Source of the DNA: Squalus acanthias
Lineage: Eukaryota
Assembly (NCBI GenBank): GCA_030390025.1
Contig: JASTWF010000322.1
Span: 310,001-374,000 of the forward strand
Length of the DNA: 64,000 nt
Direction of reading: 5' to 3'
Part shown: in pieces, positions 1-12,849 of the stretch
Numbering within the stretch: the first letter of the stretch is position 1
Layout: each line of letters opens with the position of its first letter
Program-made: the position numbers and the translations under genes
Notes under the pieces: model-generated
Told to the model about the DNA's origin: nothing
The model's database searches: none
What the model saw: the letters and a program-made list of their open reading frames with translations, nothing else

Positions 1-2996
1 CAGCCTCTCGAACCTGTCACACAGGAGTAGGCCCATTCAGCCCCCTCGAGCGTGTTACCTAGGAACCGGAGGTGACCCATTCAGCCCACTCGAGCCTGTT
101 ACACAACAACAGGAGGAGGCCAATTCTGCCCCTCGAGCCTGTTACCCAACAACAGGAAGAAGCCCATTCAGCCCCTCGAACCTGTTACACAGGAACAGCA
201 GGAGGCCCATTCAGCCCCTCCAACCTGTTACACAGGAACAGGAGGAGGCCAATTTTGCCCCTTGAGCCTGTTATACAGGAACAGAAGGAGGCCCATTCAG
301 CCCCCTCGAGCCTGTTACACAGGAACAGGAGGAGGCCATTCAGCCCCTCGAGCCTGTTACACTGGAACAGGAGGAGGCCAATTCTGCCCTTTGAGCCTGT
401 TACACAGGAACAGGAGGAGGCCCATTCAGCCTCTCGGGCCTGTTACACAGGAACCGGAGGAGGCCCATTCAGCCCCCTCGAGTCTGTAACACAGGAACAG
501 GAGGAGGCTCATTCAGCCCCTCGAGCCTGTTACACAGGAACAGGAGGAGGCCCATTCAGCCCCCTCGAGCCTGTTACACAGGAACAGGAGGAGGCCCATT
601 CAGCCCCCTCGAGCCTGTTACACAGGAACAGGAGGAGGCCCATTCAGCCCCCTCGAGCCTGTTACACAAGAACAAGAGGAGGCCCATTCAGCCCCCTCGA
701 GTCTGTTACACAGGGACAGGAGGAGGCCAATTCTGCCCTTTGAGCCTGTCACAAAGGAACAGGAGGAGGCCCATTCAGCCTCTCGGGCCTGTTACACAGG
801 AACAGGAGGAGGCCCATTCAGCCTCTCGGGCCTGTTACACAGGAACAGGAGGAGGCCCATTCAGCCCCCTCGAGCCTGTTACAGGGGAACAGGAGTAGGC
901 CCATTCATCCCCTCGGGCCTGTTGCACAGGAACAGGAGGAGGCCCATTCAGCCCCCTCGATCCTGTTACACAGGAACAGGAGGAGGCTCATTTAGCCCCT
1001 CGAGGCTGTTACACAGCAACAGGAGGAGGCCCATTCAGCCCCTCGAGCCTATTACACAGGAACAGGAGGAGGCCCATTCAGCCCCTCGAGCCTGCTGCAC
1101 AGGAACAGGAGGAGGCCAATTCTGCCTCTCGAGCCTGTTGCACAGGAACAGGAGGAGGCTCATCCATTCCCTCGATCCTGTTACACAGGAACCGGAGGAG
1201 GCCCATTCTGCCCCCTCGAGCCTGTTACACAGGAACCGGAGGAGGCCCATTCAGTCCCCCCGAGCCTGTTACACAGGAACAGGAGAAGGCCCATTCAGCT
1301 CCTCGAGCCTGTTACACAGGAACAGGAGGAGGCTCATTCAGCCCCTCGAGCCTGTTACACGGGAACAGGAGTAGGCCCATTCAGCCCCTCGGGCCTGTTG
1401 TACAGGAACAGGAGGAGGCCCATTCAGCCCCCTCGATCCTGTTACACAGGAACCGGAGGAGGCCCATTCAGCCCCTCGAGCCTGTTACACAGGAACCGGA
1501 GGAGGCCCATTCAGCCCCTCGAGCCTGTTACACAGGAACAGGAGGAGGCCCATTCAGTCCCCTCGATCCTGTTACACAGGAACAGGAGGAGGCCCATTCA
1601 GCCCCCTCGAGCCTGTTACACAGGAACCGGAGGAGGCCCATTCAGCCCCCTCGAGCCTGTTACACAGGAACAGGAGGAGGCTCATTTAGCCCCTCGAGGC
1701 TGTTACACAGCAACAGGAGGAGGCCCATTCAGCCCCTCGAGCCTATTACACAGGAACAGGAGGAGGACCATTCAGCCCCTTCGAGCCTGTTACACAGGAA
1801 CAGGAGGAGGCCCATTCAGCCCCTCGAGCCTGCTGCACAGGAACAGGAGGAGGCCAATTCTGCCTCTCGAGCCTGTTGCACAGGAACAGGAGGAGGCTCA
1901 TCCATTCCCTCGATCCTGTTACACAGGAACCGGAGGAGGCCCATTCTGCCCCCTCGAGCCTGTTACACAGGAACCGGAGGAGGCCCATTCAGTCCCCCCG
2001 AGCCTGTTACACAGGAACAGGAGAAGGCCCATTCAGCTCCTCGAGCCTGTTACACAGGAACAGGAGGAGGCTCATTCAGCCCCTCGAGCCTGTTACACGG
2101 GAACAGGAGTAGGCCCATTCAGCCCCTCGGGCCTGTTGTACAGGAACAGGAGGAGGCCCATTCAGCCCCCTCGATCCTGTTACACAGGAACCGGAGGAGG
2201 CCCATTCAGCCCCTCGAGCCTGTTACACAGGAACAGGAGAAGGCCCATTCAGTCCCCTCGATCCTGTTACACAGGAACAGGAGGAGGCCCATTCAGCCCC
2301 CTCGAGCCTGTTACACAGGAACCGGAGGAGGCCCATTCAGCCCCCTCGAGCCTGTTACACAGGAACAGGAGAAGGCCCATTCAGTCCCCTCGATCCTGTT
2401 ACACAGGAACAGGAGGAGGCACCTTCAGCCCCTCGAGCCTGTTACACACGAACAGGAGGAGGCCCATTCAGCCCCTCGAGCCTTTTACACAGGAACAGGA
2501 GGAGGTCCATTTAGCCCCTCGAGCCTGTTACACAGGAACAGGAGGAGGCCCATCCAGCTCCCTCGAGCCTGTTGCACAGGAACAGGAGACCCCCCATTCA
2601 GACCCTCGGGCCTGTTACACAGGAACAGGAGGAGGCCATTCAGCCCCTCGAGCCTGTTACACAGGAACAGGAGGAGGCCATTCAGCCCCTCGAGCCTGTT
2701 ACACAGGAACAGGAGGAGGCACCTTCAGCCCCTCGAGCCTGTTACATAGGATCAGGTCCATTCAGCCCCTCGAGCCTGTTACACAGGAACATGTCCATTC
2801 TGCCCCTCATTCGTGTTACACGGGAACATAGGGAGGCCCGTTCAGCCCCTCGAACCTGTTACACGGGACCTGGAGGAGGCCCATTCAGCCCCTCGAGCCT
2901 GTTACACAGGAACAGGAGGAGGCCCATTCAGCCCCTCGAACCTGTTACACAGGAACAGGAGGAGGCCCATTCAGCCCCTCGAGCCGGTTACACAGG
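1..2996. repeat. 43-bp minisatellite derived from the CR1 LINE 3' terminus (truncated by window start)
   Basis: Tandem ACACAGGAACAGGAGGAGGCCCATTCAGCCCCTCGAGCCTGTT (42-44 bp variants). The unit matches the antisense CR1 3' end seen at about 45100-45137. Confidence 0.95.
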
Positions 2997-3009
2997 TATT
3001 AAATCTTTA

Positions 3010-3305
3010 TTAAACACCTCTATCAAATCTCTTAACCTTCTCTGCTCTAAGGAGACCAACTCCAGCCTCTCCACATCACTTAAGTCCTTCACCCCTCATC
3101 CCATTCTGGTCAATCTCCCCCTTAACCTTCTCTGCTCGAAGGAGAACAACCCCAGCTTCTCCAATCTCTCCACATCACTGAAGTCCCTCATCCCTGGTCC
3201 CATTCTGGTCAATCTCCCCCTTAACCTTCTCTGCTCTAAGGAGAACACCACCAGCTTCTCCAGTCTCTCCACATCACTGAAGTCCCTCACCCCCGGTACC
3301 ATTCT
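3010..3305 (-). repeat. CR1 ORF2 fragment with 98/99-bp tandem duplication
   Basis: Minus strand repeats [29 protein letters not shown]; same unit as 40590-41162. Confidence 0.85.
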
Positions 3306-3486
3306 GAGCATTTACAAATGTTTCTATTCTCCTATCATAAGGATTCACTTTAACTGTAACTATTCCGATCTAAAGAAAAAACCCCAAAGAGGTTCCCTTC
3401 CTAAACGCCAGCCCCTCGGCCCTAGCCTAATAATTGAGAATCTAGATACAAAAGGAAATTAAGAAACCCTCTCGTTTTGGGTAATT

Positions 3487-3835
3487 CATAGAATCACAGA
3501 ATGGTTACAGCACAGAAGGAGGCCATTCGGCCCCTCGAGCCCGTGCCGGCTCTCTGCAAGAGCACTTCAGCTCGTCCCAATTCCCCCTCCCGCCCCGCAC
3601 CCTTTCCCCATAGCCCTGCAAATTATTTTCCTTCAGGTAATGATCCAATTCCCCTTTTGAAAGCCACGTTCGAGTCTGCCTCCACCACCCTCTCAGGCAG
3701 TGCATTCCAGATCCTCACCACTTGCTGCGTAAAAAAGTTTTCCCTAATGTCGCCTTTGGTCCTTTTGCCAATCACCTCGAATCTGTGTCCTCGGGGTCTC
3801 CCCCCTTCCGCCAATGGGACCACTTTCTCCTTATT
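3487..3835 (-). mobile_element. CR1 LINE 3' fragment
   Basis: RGHRFEVIGKRTKGDIRENFFTQQVVRIWNALP followed by a CR1 3' UTR tail. Confidence 0.85.
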
Positions 3836-3914
3836 CCCTCGAAATTTTTGCAGTAAGTTTGAACCCAGACTTGGGAGTTAAATTTGGCAATAACTCTGAC
3901 CTCTCACTCTCTGT

Positions 3915-4400
3915 CTTAAACTCTGCAATCTTCGAACCGTTTAAACTTTACAATTCTGGCCTCGCCCCACACATTTTAAACAATATTCCAATAATTTCAA
4001 ATCACTTTTTTAAAAATACCAATCCCACAATGTGTTAAATTCCACAATCATTCCGAGAAACCCCTCACTCGGTGTCAAACTCTGCAATCTTCGAACAGTT
4101 TAAATTTTACAACTCTAACCTCCCCCCCCCCCCCACACACATTTTAAACAAAATTCCAAATCACTTTTTTGGCAAAAATTTAAAACAGCGTGTTCGGTAT
4201 TTAATCATTCTGGACCCCTGACGTTGTGTTAAAACTTTGCAATCTTCCAACAGTTGAAATTTTTACAACTTTAGCCTCCCCCACACATTTTAAAACAAAT
4301 TGCAATCATTTCTAATCAACCTTTTAAACATTGACACCCCCCCTCCCTCCCTCCCCATTTGTGTTTAAATTCTACAACAATCACTTTCTTTCTTAAATAT
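3915..4400. repeat. Degenerate AT-rich tandem repeat, about 155-160 bp x3
   Basis: AAACTCTGCAATCTTCGAAC...CCCCACACATTTTAAACAA recurs near 3918, 4077 and 4231. Confidence 0.7.
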
Positions 4401-5150
4401 AAAATTTCAGTAATTGTGATCACACCTCCCCCTCCCTACTTTTAATTCTTTTTAAATGTGCACACAATAAATGGGAAGGAGAGGGGGTGAGGGTAGGGTG
4501 GGTGGGGTGGGGGGAGAGAGAAAGCATGTCACTTTTTTGCAAAAGAATGCAATAGACCCAGATTTGGGGCCTTTGCATTGCAATTGTTAAGATAGAGAGA
4601 GATCTGGGCCTTGCAAACTGGGCCCTGCCCCCATTGCTTTGTTCAAATACACCCAAGAAAAAAAAGCAGAAATTCTCAGACACAATTTAAGCCTTTTACC
4701 TCACCTTCAAGGCCTTCAAAACCTTTGGTCCAGGCAGCAGAAGAGGTTTATGTGCACCTTCTCCCTGTTTCTCTTGTCCTTCCCCCCCTCCCTGCCACCC
4801 CAGAATAAAAACACACAGGCAGTTTCCTACCCACCCCCCCTTACTTCCACTCCTCTCTGCAAAAGCTGCACTTGGAGCTGAGAGGCTACACTCCACCCAG
4901 TCCTCCAGAGCCACTCCTCCTGCTTCCCACAATGCAGCTGCCCTGGCAGGGATAGAGCCCTTTCCCAGGCCCAGTGCACTGTGGGCCAGTAGGCCCGCCA
5001 TTGACCCCACTCAAACCTCCCCCCCCTGGCTTGCTCACCATACCCACACACAAGCTGGTAGTAAATCGTTGCATCCCAAAGAAATAAAACCGAATCTGTG
5101 CTGTGACAGCGTCTGTGTTAAATGCATTTTGCATAAAATATTGTCGCCTT

Positions 5151-5456
5151 ATCACAGAATCCCCACAATGCAGATAGAGGCCATTTCGGCCCATCAAGCC
5201 TGCACCGACACATATCCCACCCTATCCCCGTAACCCCACATATTTAATCCCCCTAACACTAAGGGTCAATTTATCATAGCCAAATCAACCTAACCCGCAC
5301 ATCTTTGGACTGTGGGAGGAAACCAGAGCACCCGGAGGAAACCCACACAGGCACAGGGAGAATGTGCAAACTCCACACAGACAGTCACCCGAGGCCGGAT
5401 TCTAACCCGGGTCCCTGGCGCTGTGAGGCAACAGTGCTAACCACTGTGCCACCGTG
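5151..5456 (-). mobile_element. HE1-type V-SINE (tRNA-derived)
   Basis: Reverse complement of the 61693-62005 element: tRNA head, V-domain and CR1-like tail. Confidence 0.9.
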
Positions 5457-6068
5457 TTATCTGAGGAAGGATGTCTTGCTGCAGTTGTACAGGGCCTTGG
5501 TGAGACCACACCTTGAGTATTGTGTGCAGTTTTGGTCGCCTTATCTGAGGAAGGATGTTCTTGCCATGGAGGGAGTGCAGCGAAGATTCACCAGGCTGAT
5601 ACCTGGGATGGCAGGAATGACGTATGAGGAGAGATTGGGTCGATTAGGCTTATACTCGCTAGAGTTTAGAAGAATGAGAGGGGATCTCATTGAAACTTAT
5701 AAAATTCTAACAGGACTAGACAGACTAGATGCAGGAAGGATGTTCCCGATGGTCGGAGAGTCCAGAACCAGGGGTCACAGTCTAAGGATAAGGGGTAAGC
5801 CATTTAGGACTGAGATGAGGAGGAATTTCTTCACCCAGAGAGTGGTGAACCTGTGGAATTCTCTACCACAGAAGGCAGTTGAGGCCAATTCATTAAATAT
5901 ATTCAAGAAGGAGTTGGATATATTTCTTAAGGCTAAAGGGATCAAGGGATATGGGGAGAAGGCAGGGACAGGGTACTGAATTTGGATGATCGGCCATGAT
6001 CGCATCGAATGGCGGAGCAGGCTCGAGGGGCCGAATGGCCTACTCCTGCTCCTATCTTCTATGTTTCT
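5457..6068 (+). mobile_element. CR1 LINE, 5'-truncated young copy
   Basis: [20 protein letters not shown]...RTRGHSLRI...FFTQRVVNLWNSLP in an open frame, followed by the 3' UTR. Confidence 0.95.
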
Positions 6069-6454
6069 AAAACATTCTGCTGGCACTAAGTTGCTTTATG
6101 TTCAAAGCATCAAATGCTGACCAAACAAGTGTCTTGTGTATACCACATTTTAGGTGTTCAGTGTTCATGTAAATATTGTGCGTTAATTATATGTGTGGAA
6201 CATTGGTACAATAAAAGTTTGCTATTGTTCTGTATAAAAAAAGCCCGCACACAAATTCGAGTATTCGGTGTTTCCAAGGGTCTTTGAGAAAGTGGATGGC
6301 TCCTATCCCGTGGAAAAGCTGGAGACCGTGTAGAAGGACTATGATATTGCATGGTTAGATAACACCAAGTAAAAACAAGGAGTCACTAGATTGCCAATAG
6401 GACTGGCGTAAAATTGTTTTTTAATAAGGGTATCTGGCTCTCTACGCGGGAGTC

Positions 6455-6960
6455 CTCCCCTTTTCCATTGGGGACTTGGCCTGGAGGGTGTTGCACGGAG
6501 CAGTCCCGTGCAATTAGCTTTTAAGTAGGTTCACGGACTCCCAGGCCGCCTGCCATTTCTGCGGCCTAGAGGAGTCCGTGTTCCACGTGTATGTGGAGTG
6601 CGAGAGGTTGCAGCCCCTATTCCATTATTTGAAGGGGCTGCTCCTCGCTTTTGGCTGCACTTCAGTCCCACGCTCCTGATCTACGGTCGCCCGGTGCGGA
6701 GGGGAGCGGGCGGGTCGGAGGACCTCCTCGCGGGACTGCTCCTGGGCCTGGCCAAAGCGGCCATTAACAGGTCCAGGCAGCGGGCGGTCGAGGGGGTCGT
6801 TCGGCCCAATTGCCCTGTCTCTCTTCCGCGGCTATGTTCACGCCCGGGTGGCCCTGGAGATGGAGCACGCTCGAGGCCTTCCGAGATCGGTGGGCACCGT
6901 ACGGACTGGAGCGCATCATCACCTCGGACAACGTCATTTTAATTTAATGTGATAAGTTTT
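6455..6960 (+). mobile_element. Tx1-type (L1 clade) LINE, ORF2 C-terminus
   Basis: DLAWRVLHGAVPCN...CHFCGLEESVFHVYVECERLQPLF, a zf-RVT-like motif with frameshifts. Confidence 0.85.
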
Positions 6961-7186
6961 ATTTGAAGTTCTGTTAATTTACAGTACTTTTATGTTTACT
7001 CAAAAGAGTATAAGGGTATCTGTACTGTTAATATTATTGATTTATCTGTAGAATTTACCACTGCATTTATACTGTTAACCCTAGTCAGGCTTTAAAATGT
7101 AGTAGTACTTGTTACAACTCATCAATTACATAGTAAATCCATTACATTCATTGGCCACGATAAAATAAAGCCTTAAGAACAGCTTT

Positions 7187-7920
7187 ACATAGAACATAGA
7201 AGATAGGAGCAGGAGTAGGCCATTTGGCCCCTCGAGCCTGCTCCGCCATTCAGTGCGATCATGGCTGATCATCCAAATTCAGTACCCTGTCCCTGCTTTC
7301 TCCCCATATCCCTTGATCCCTTTAGCTTTAAGAAATATATCTAACTCCTTCTTGAATATATTTAATGACTTGGCCTCAACTGCCTTCTGTGGTAGAGAAT
7401 TCCACAGGTTCACCACTCTCTGGGTGAAGAAATTCTTCCTCATTTCTGTCCTAAATGGCTTACCCCTTATCCTTAGATTATGACCCCTGGTTCTGGACTC
7501 TCCGACCATCGGGAACATTCTTCCTGCATCTAGTTTGTCCAGACCTGTCAGAATTTTATATGTTTCGATGAGATCCCCTCTCATTCTTCTAAACTCCAGC
7601 GAGTATAAGCCCAATCGACCCAATCTCTCCTCATATGTCATTCCTGCCATTCCAGGTATCAGCCTGGTGAATCTTCGTTGAACTCCTTCCATGGCAAGAA
7701 CATTCTTCCTCAGATAAGGCGACCAAAACTGCACACAGTACTCAAGGTGTGGTCTCACCAAGGCCCTGTACAACTGCAGCAAGACATCCCTGTTCCTGTA
7801 CTCAAACCCTTTCGCTATGAAGGCCAACATACCATTTGCCTTCTTCACCGCCTGCTGCACCTGCATGCTTACCTTCAGCGACTGGTGCACAAGGACACCC
7901 AGGTCTCGTTGCACTTCCCC
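7187..7920 (-). mobile_element. CR1 LINE, 5'-truncated
   Basis: ORF 7279-7914 is nearly identical in protein to the 5457 and 9515 copies. Confidence 0.95.
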
Positions 7921-8088
7921 TTCCCCTTTAGGGTTAACAGCATAAATGCACTAATAAATTTTACAGATAAATCAATAATATTAACAATACAGATAGCAAA
8001 ATACTGCGGATGCTGGAAAATTGAAACATCAACAGAAAACGCTGGAAAAACTCAGCAGGCCAGGCAACATCCGTGGAGAGAGAAACAG

Positions 8089-8124
8089 AGTTAACGTTTC
8101 AGGTCGAAACCCTTCATCAGAACT
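8089..8124 (-). ncRNA. Minimal type I hammerhead ribozyme motif in a Penelope-type pLTR fragment (about 7995-8320)
   Basis: Minus strand reads AGUU CUGAUGA A GGGU-UUCG-ACCU GAAA CG UU AACU: intact core, paired stems I and II, palindromic stem III. Confidence 0.8.
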
Positions 8125-8322
8125 GAGAAAAAAGCAGGAAATGAAACAGATAAAAAAAGCAAGGGGGAGGCTGGGGGGAGGAATACAAGAACAAAAGGGG
8201 TGGTCTATGGTAAGTAGAGACATTAAGAGATGCTCAAGGCGAGACGAGATGGTAATAGGACAGGTTAAGAAACAAAAGCTGGCTCAGAAGTGTGAAATGT
8301 GAAATGGTGCCAGAATGAGAGA

Positions 8323-9152
8323 CATAAGAACATAAGAACATAAGAAATAGGAGCAGGTGTAGGCCAATCGGCCCCTCGAGCCTGCTCCGCCATTCAATAA
8401 GATCATGGCTGATCTGATCCTCACCTCAAATGTAAAGAACACAAGAAGTAGGAGCAGGACCCGGCCACTCAGCCCCTGGGCCCGCTCCGCCACCCACAGG
8501 GCCCTGACCGATCCGAACTCAGCCTCATGTCCAATTTTCTGCCCGCTCCCCGTAACCCCTAATTCCCTTTACTTCTAGGAAACTGTCTATTTCTGTTTTA
8601 AATTTATTTAATGATGTAGCTTCCACAGCTTACTGGGGCAGCAAATTCCATAGACCTACTACCCTCTGAGTGAAGAAGTTTCTCCTCATCTCAGTTTTGA
8701 AAGAGCAGCCCCTTATTCTAAGACTATGCCCCCTAGTTCTAGTTTCACCCATCATCGGGAACATCCTTACCGCATCCACCCGATCAAGCCCCTTCACAAT
8801 CTTATATGTTTCAATAAGATCGCCTCTCATTCTTCTGAACTCCAATGAGTAGAGTCCCAATCTACCCAACCTCTCCTCATATGTCCACCCCCTCATCCCG
8901 GGGATTAACCGAGTGAACCTTCTTTGTACTGCCTCGAGAGCAAGTATGTCTTTTCTTAAGTATGGACACCAAAACTGTATGCAGTATTCCAGGTGCGGTC
9001 TCACCAATACCTTATACAACTGCAGCAATACCTCCCTGTTTTTATAATCTATCCCCCTAGCAATAAAAGCCAACATTCCGTTGGCCTTCTTGATCACCTG
9101 CTGCACCTGCATACTAACCTTTTGATTTTCTTGCACCAAGACCCCCAGATCC
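8323..9152 (-). mobile_element. CR1 LINE with duplicated 3' UTR
   Basis: ORF 8630-9190 is CR1 ORF2; two successive tail units lie at 8323-8530. Confidence 0.93.
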
Positions 9153-9514
9153 GTAGGGGGAGAGAGAGAAAAAAAAGGGAAAAAGCACAAATCAAAGGGG
9201 TGGATAAAATGTATATATGGTGGGGGCCGAGGTTATGATCTGAAATTGTTGAACTCGATATTGAGTCTGGAAGGCTGTAAAGTGCCAATACAGATACCCT
9301 CAGATAGTCCCACACAGACTTTGCAGGTTTAAAGTAATACATCTCAAAGTAAATTCTACATGGACACTGTTTAACACCACAGTGTACAAAATCCCATAGC
9401 ACCCTCATAATTCAATGAAATTCTACGAGTAAACTGCTTGCATCCCGAAAAAACAGACGCTACTCCAACAAAACAAATAAAAACCAGTTTTACGCCAGAC
9501 CTATTGGAAATCTA

Positions 9515-10218
9515 GTGCAGCAGGCGCTGAAGGTAAGCATGCAGGTGCAGCAGGCGCTGAAGAAGGCAAATGGTATGTTGGCCTTCATAGCGAGAGGGTT
9601 TGAGTATAGGAACAGGGATGTCTTGCTGCAGTTGTACAGGGCCTTGGTGAGACCACACCTTGAGTACTGTGTGCAGTTTTGGTCGCCTTATCTGAGGAAG
9701 GATGTTCTTGCCATGGAGGGAGTTCAGCGAAGATTCACCAGGCTGATACCTGGGATGGCAGGAATGACATATGAGGAGAGATTGGGTCGATTGGGCTTGT
9801 ATTCGCTCGAGTTTAGAAGAATGAGAGGAGATCTCATTGAAACTTATAAAATTCTAACAGGACTAGACAGACTAGATGCAGGAAGGATCTTCCCGATGGT
9901 CGGAGAGTCCAGAACCAGGGGTCACAGTCTAAGGATAAGGGGTAAGCCATTTAGGACAGAAATGAGGAAGAATTTCTTCACCCAGAGAGTGGTGAACCTG
10001 TGGAATTCTCTACCACAGAAGGCAGTTGAGGCCAAGTCATTAAATATATTCAAGAAGGAGTTAGATATATTTCTTAAGGCTAAAGGTATCAAGGGATATG
10101 GGGAGAAAGCAGGGACAGGGTACTGAGTTTGGATGATCAGCCATGATCTCATCGAATGGCGGAGCAGGCTCGAGGAGCCGAATGGCCTACTCCTGCTCCT
10201 ATCTTCTATGCTTCTATG
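9515..10218 (+). mobile_element. CR1 LINE, 5'-truncated
   Basis: ORF 9515-10126 is the CR1 ORF2 C-terminus, followed by the tail. Confidence 0.95.
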
Positions 10219-10444
10219 AGCCATCCACTTTCTCAATGACCCGTGGAAACACCGAATACTCGAATTATCTTCTACTTACTGTTGTGTTCAACATTCGTTC
10301 GTGGTCAGGCCTTATTGCAAGGGGGGTGGGATAGGAGGGGTTGGGGGGGAAGAGGTCTAACTCTTCCTGTGCACACTTAAAACAAATAAACTGTAACTAA
10401 TGAAACTTTAAATGAACCTTACCAACTTAAATTAACATTGTGTT

Positions 10445-11113
10445 AAGAACAGAAGAAATAGGAGCAGGAGTAGGCCATTCGAGCCTGCTCCGCCATTCAA
10501 TGAGATCATGGCTGATCTTCAGCCTCAACTCCATTCACCGGCCCTATCGCCATATCCCTTGATGCCTTTACTAGTCAGAAATCTATCGACTTCTGTTTTG
10601 AATATACCCAATGACTGAGCCTCCACAGCCCTCTGGGGTAGAGAATTCCAGAGATTCACCGCCCTCTGTGTGAAGAAATTTCTTCTCATCTCAGTCCTGA
10701 ATGGCCTACCCTTTATCCTGAGGCTGTGGCCCCTGGTTCTAGACTCCCCAGCCAAGGGAAACATTCTCCCAGCATCCACCCTATCAAGCCCTGTAATCAT
10801 TTTGTATGCTTCAATGAGATCCCCTCTCATTCTTCTGAATTCAAGAGAATACAGGCCTAGTTTACTCAATCTCTTCTCATATGACAGTCCTGCCATCCCA
10901 GGAATCGTTCTGGTGAACCTTCGTTGCACTCCCTTTATGGCAAGTATATCCTTCCTTAGGTAAGGAGACCAAAATTGTACACAGTACTCCAGGTGTGGTC
11001 TCACAAGGGCCTATATAATTGGAGTAAGACTTCTTTACTCCTGTACTCAAATCCTCTTGTAATGAAGGCCAGCATACCATTTGCCTTCCTGATGGCTTGC
11101 TGCACCTGCACAT
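10445..11113 (-). mobile_element. CR1 LINE, 5'-truncated
   Basis: ORF 10525-11004 carries CR1 ORF2 motifs. Confidence 0.93.
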
Positions 11114-11290
11114 TGGCCGGGGTGATGATGCACTCCAGTCCCCGCGGCGCCCACCGGTCGCGGAAGGCCTCGAACGTGCCGGCGGACACCGCGTGCCCCA
11201 TCTCCAGGGCCACCCGGGGAGCGAACGTGGCCGTGGAAGAGAGGCAGGGCAGTCAGGCCCCAATGACCCCCTCGACCGCCCGCTGCCCAG
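11114..11290 (-). mobile_element. Tx1-type LINE 3' fragment
   Basis: [29 protein letters not shown]; homologous to 6775-6930. Confidence 0.8.
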
Positions 11291-11439
11291 ACCAGGATTT
11301 GAGTACAGGAGTAAAGAAGTCTTACTCCAATTATATAGGGCCTTGGTGAGACCACACCTGGAGTACTGTGTACAATTTTGGTCTCCTTACATAAGGAAGG
11401 ATAAACTTGCCATAGAGGGAGTGCAGCCACCACCTGGCA

Positions 11440-12397
11440 TATACATCTACCTCCGACAGTGCAGCGCTCCCTCAGTACCGGCACCGGGGAGTGTGGGCCT
11501 GGATTATGGAGCTCGAGTCCTAGAGTATATACATCTACCTCTGACAGTGCAGCGCTCCCTCAGTACTGGCACCGGGGAGAGTGGACCTGGATTATGGGGC
11601 TCGAGTCCTAGAGTATATACATCTACCTCCGACAGTGCAGCGCTCCCTCAGTACTGGCACCGGGGAGTGTGGGCCTGGAGTATGGGGTTCGAGTCCTCGA
11701 GTATATACATCTACCTCCGACAGTGCAGCGCTCCCTCAGTACTGGCACCGGGGAGAGTGGACCTGGATTATGGGGCTCGAGTCCTAGAGTATATACATCT
11801 ACCTCCGACAGTGCAGCGCTCCCTCAGTACTGGCACCGGGGAGTGTGGGCCTGGAGTATGGGGTTCGAGTCCTCGAGTATATACATCTACCTCCGACAAT
11901 GCAGCGCTCCCTCAGTACTGGCACCGGGGAGTGTGGGCCTGGATTATGGAGCTCGAGTCCTAGAGTATATACACCTACCTCCGACAGTGCAGCGCTCCCT
12001 CAGTACCGGCACCGGGGAGTGGCGGGCCTGGATTATGGGGCTCGAGTCCTAGAGTATATACATCTACCTCCGACAGTGCAGCACTCCCTCAGTACTGGCA
12101 CCGGGGAGAGTGGACCTGGATTATGGGGCTCGAGTCCTAGAGTATATACATCTACCTCCGACAGTGCAGCGCTCCCTCAGTACTGGCACCGGGGAGTGTG
12201 GGCCTGGAGTATGGGGTTCGAGTCCTCGAGTATATACATCTACCTCCGACAATGCAGCGCTCCCTCAGTACTGGCACCGGGGAGTGTGGGCCTGGATTAT
12301 GGAGCTCGAGTCCTAGAGTATATACACCTACCTCCGACAGTGCAGCGCTCCCTCAGTACCGGCACCGGGGAGTGGCGGGCCTGGATTATGGGGCTCA
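11440..12397 (-). repeat. 88-bp minisatellite derived from a DeuSINE 5' region
   Basis: About 11 copies of an 88-bp unit; reverse complement of the unit inside the SINE at 22090-22600. Confidence 0.95.
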
Positions 12398-12849
12398 AAT
12401 TGGCTGTTGGATTTGTCATTTTTTTTAAAATTAATTTTACAAATAATCAATAATGTTTACAGTACAAATACCCTTAAACAATACCACACAACTTTTTAGA
12501 TTTAAAATAATAAAGCTGGCTGTTGGCTTTGTGAGTGTGTGTGTGTGTGTGTGTGTAGCCAATAGGCCACTTGGACCATTGAGTTGAATAATAGACACTT
12601 AATAAGCTGAGGGAGCATGTGAGAATGAGAGAATGAAGAACCAATTGTGATTTGGATGGATGATCTGCAAACTACCTTCAGGTTAACTGCTCGTTATAAT
12701 AAAAGGGGTTCCCCGTGCTGGTCTAGATCACAGGTTTGAGTAATGAGTGGTGATTGTTAAGTTCAGCTTCTCCTATCCTCCCCCAACCCCATTTCATTCC
12801 TGACTCTCTCAGATTGATCACTGATGTGCATTTGGCCAGCATCTGAGAA

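Noticed and set aside
1..2996. CRISPR-like array, or long repetitive proteins (ORFs 72-743, 1398-2831)
   Set aside because: Units are contiguous with no unique spacers, there are no cas genes and the context is eukaryotic. The ORFs arise because the 43-bp unit lacks stop codons.
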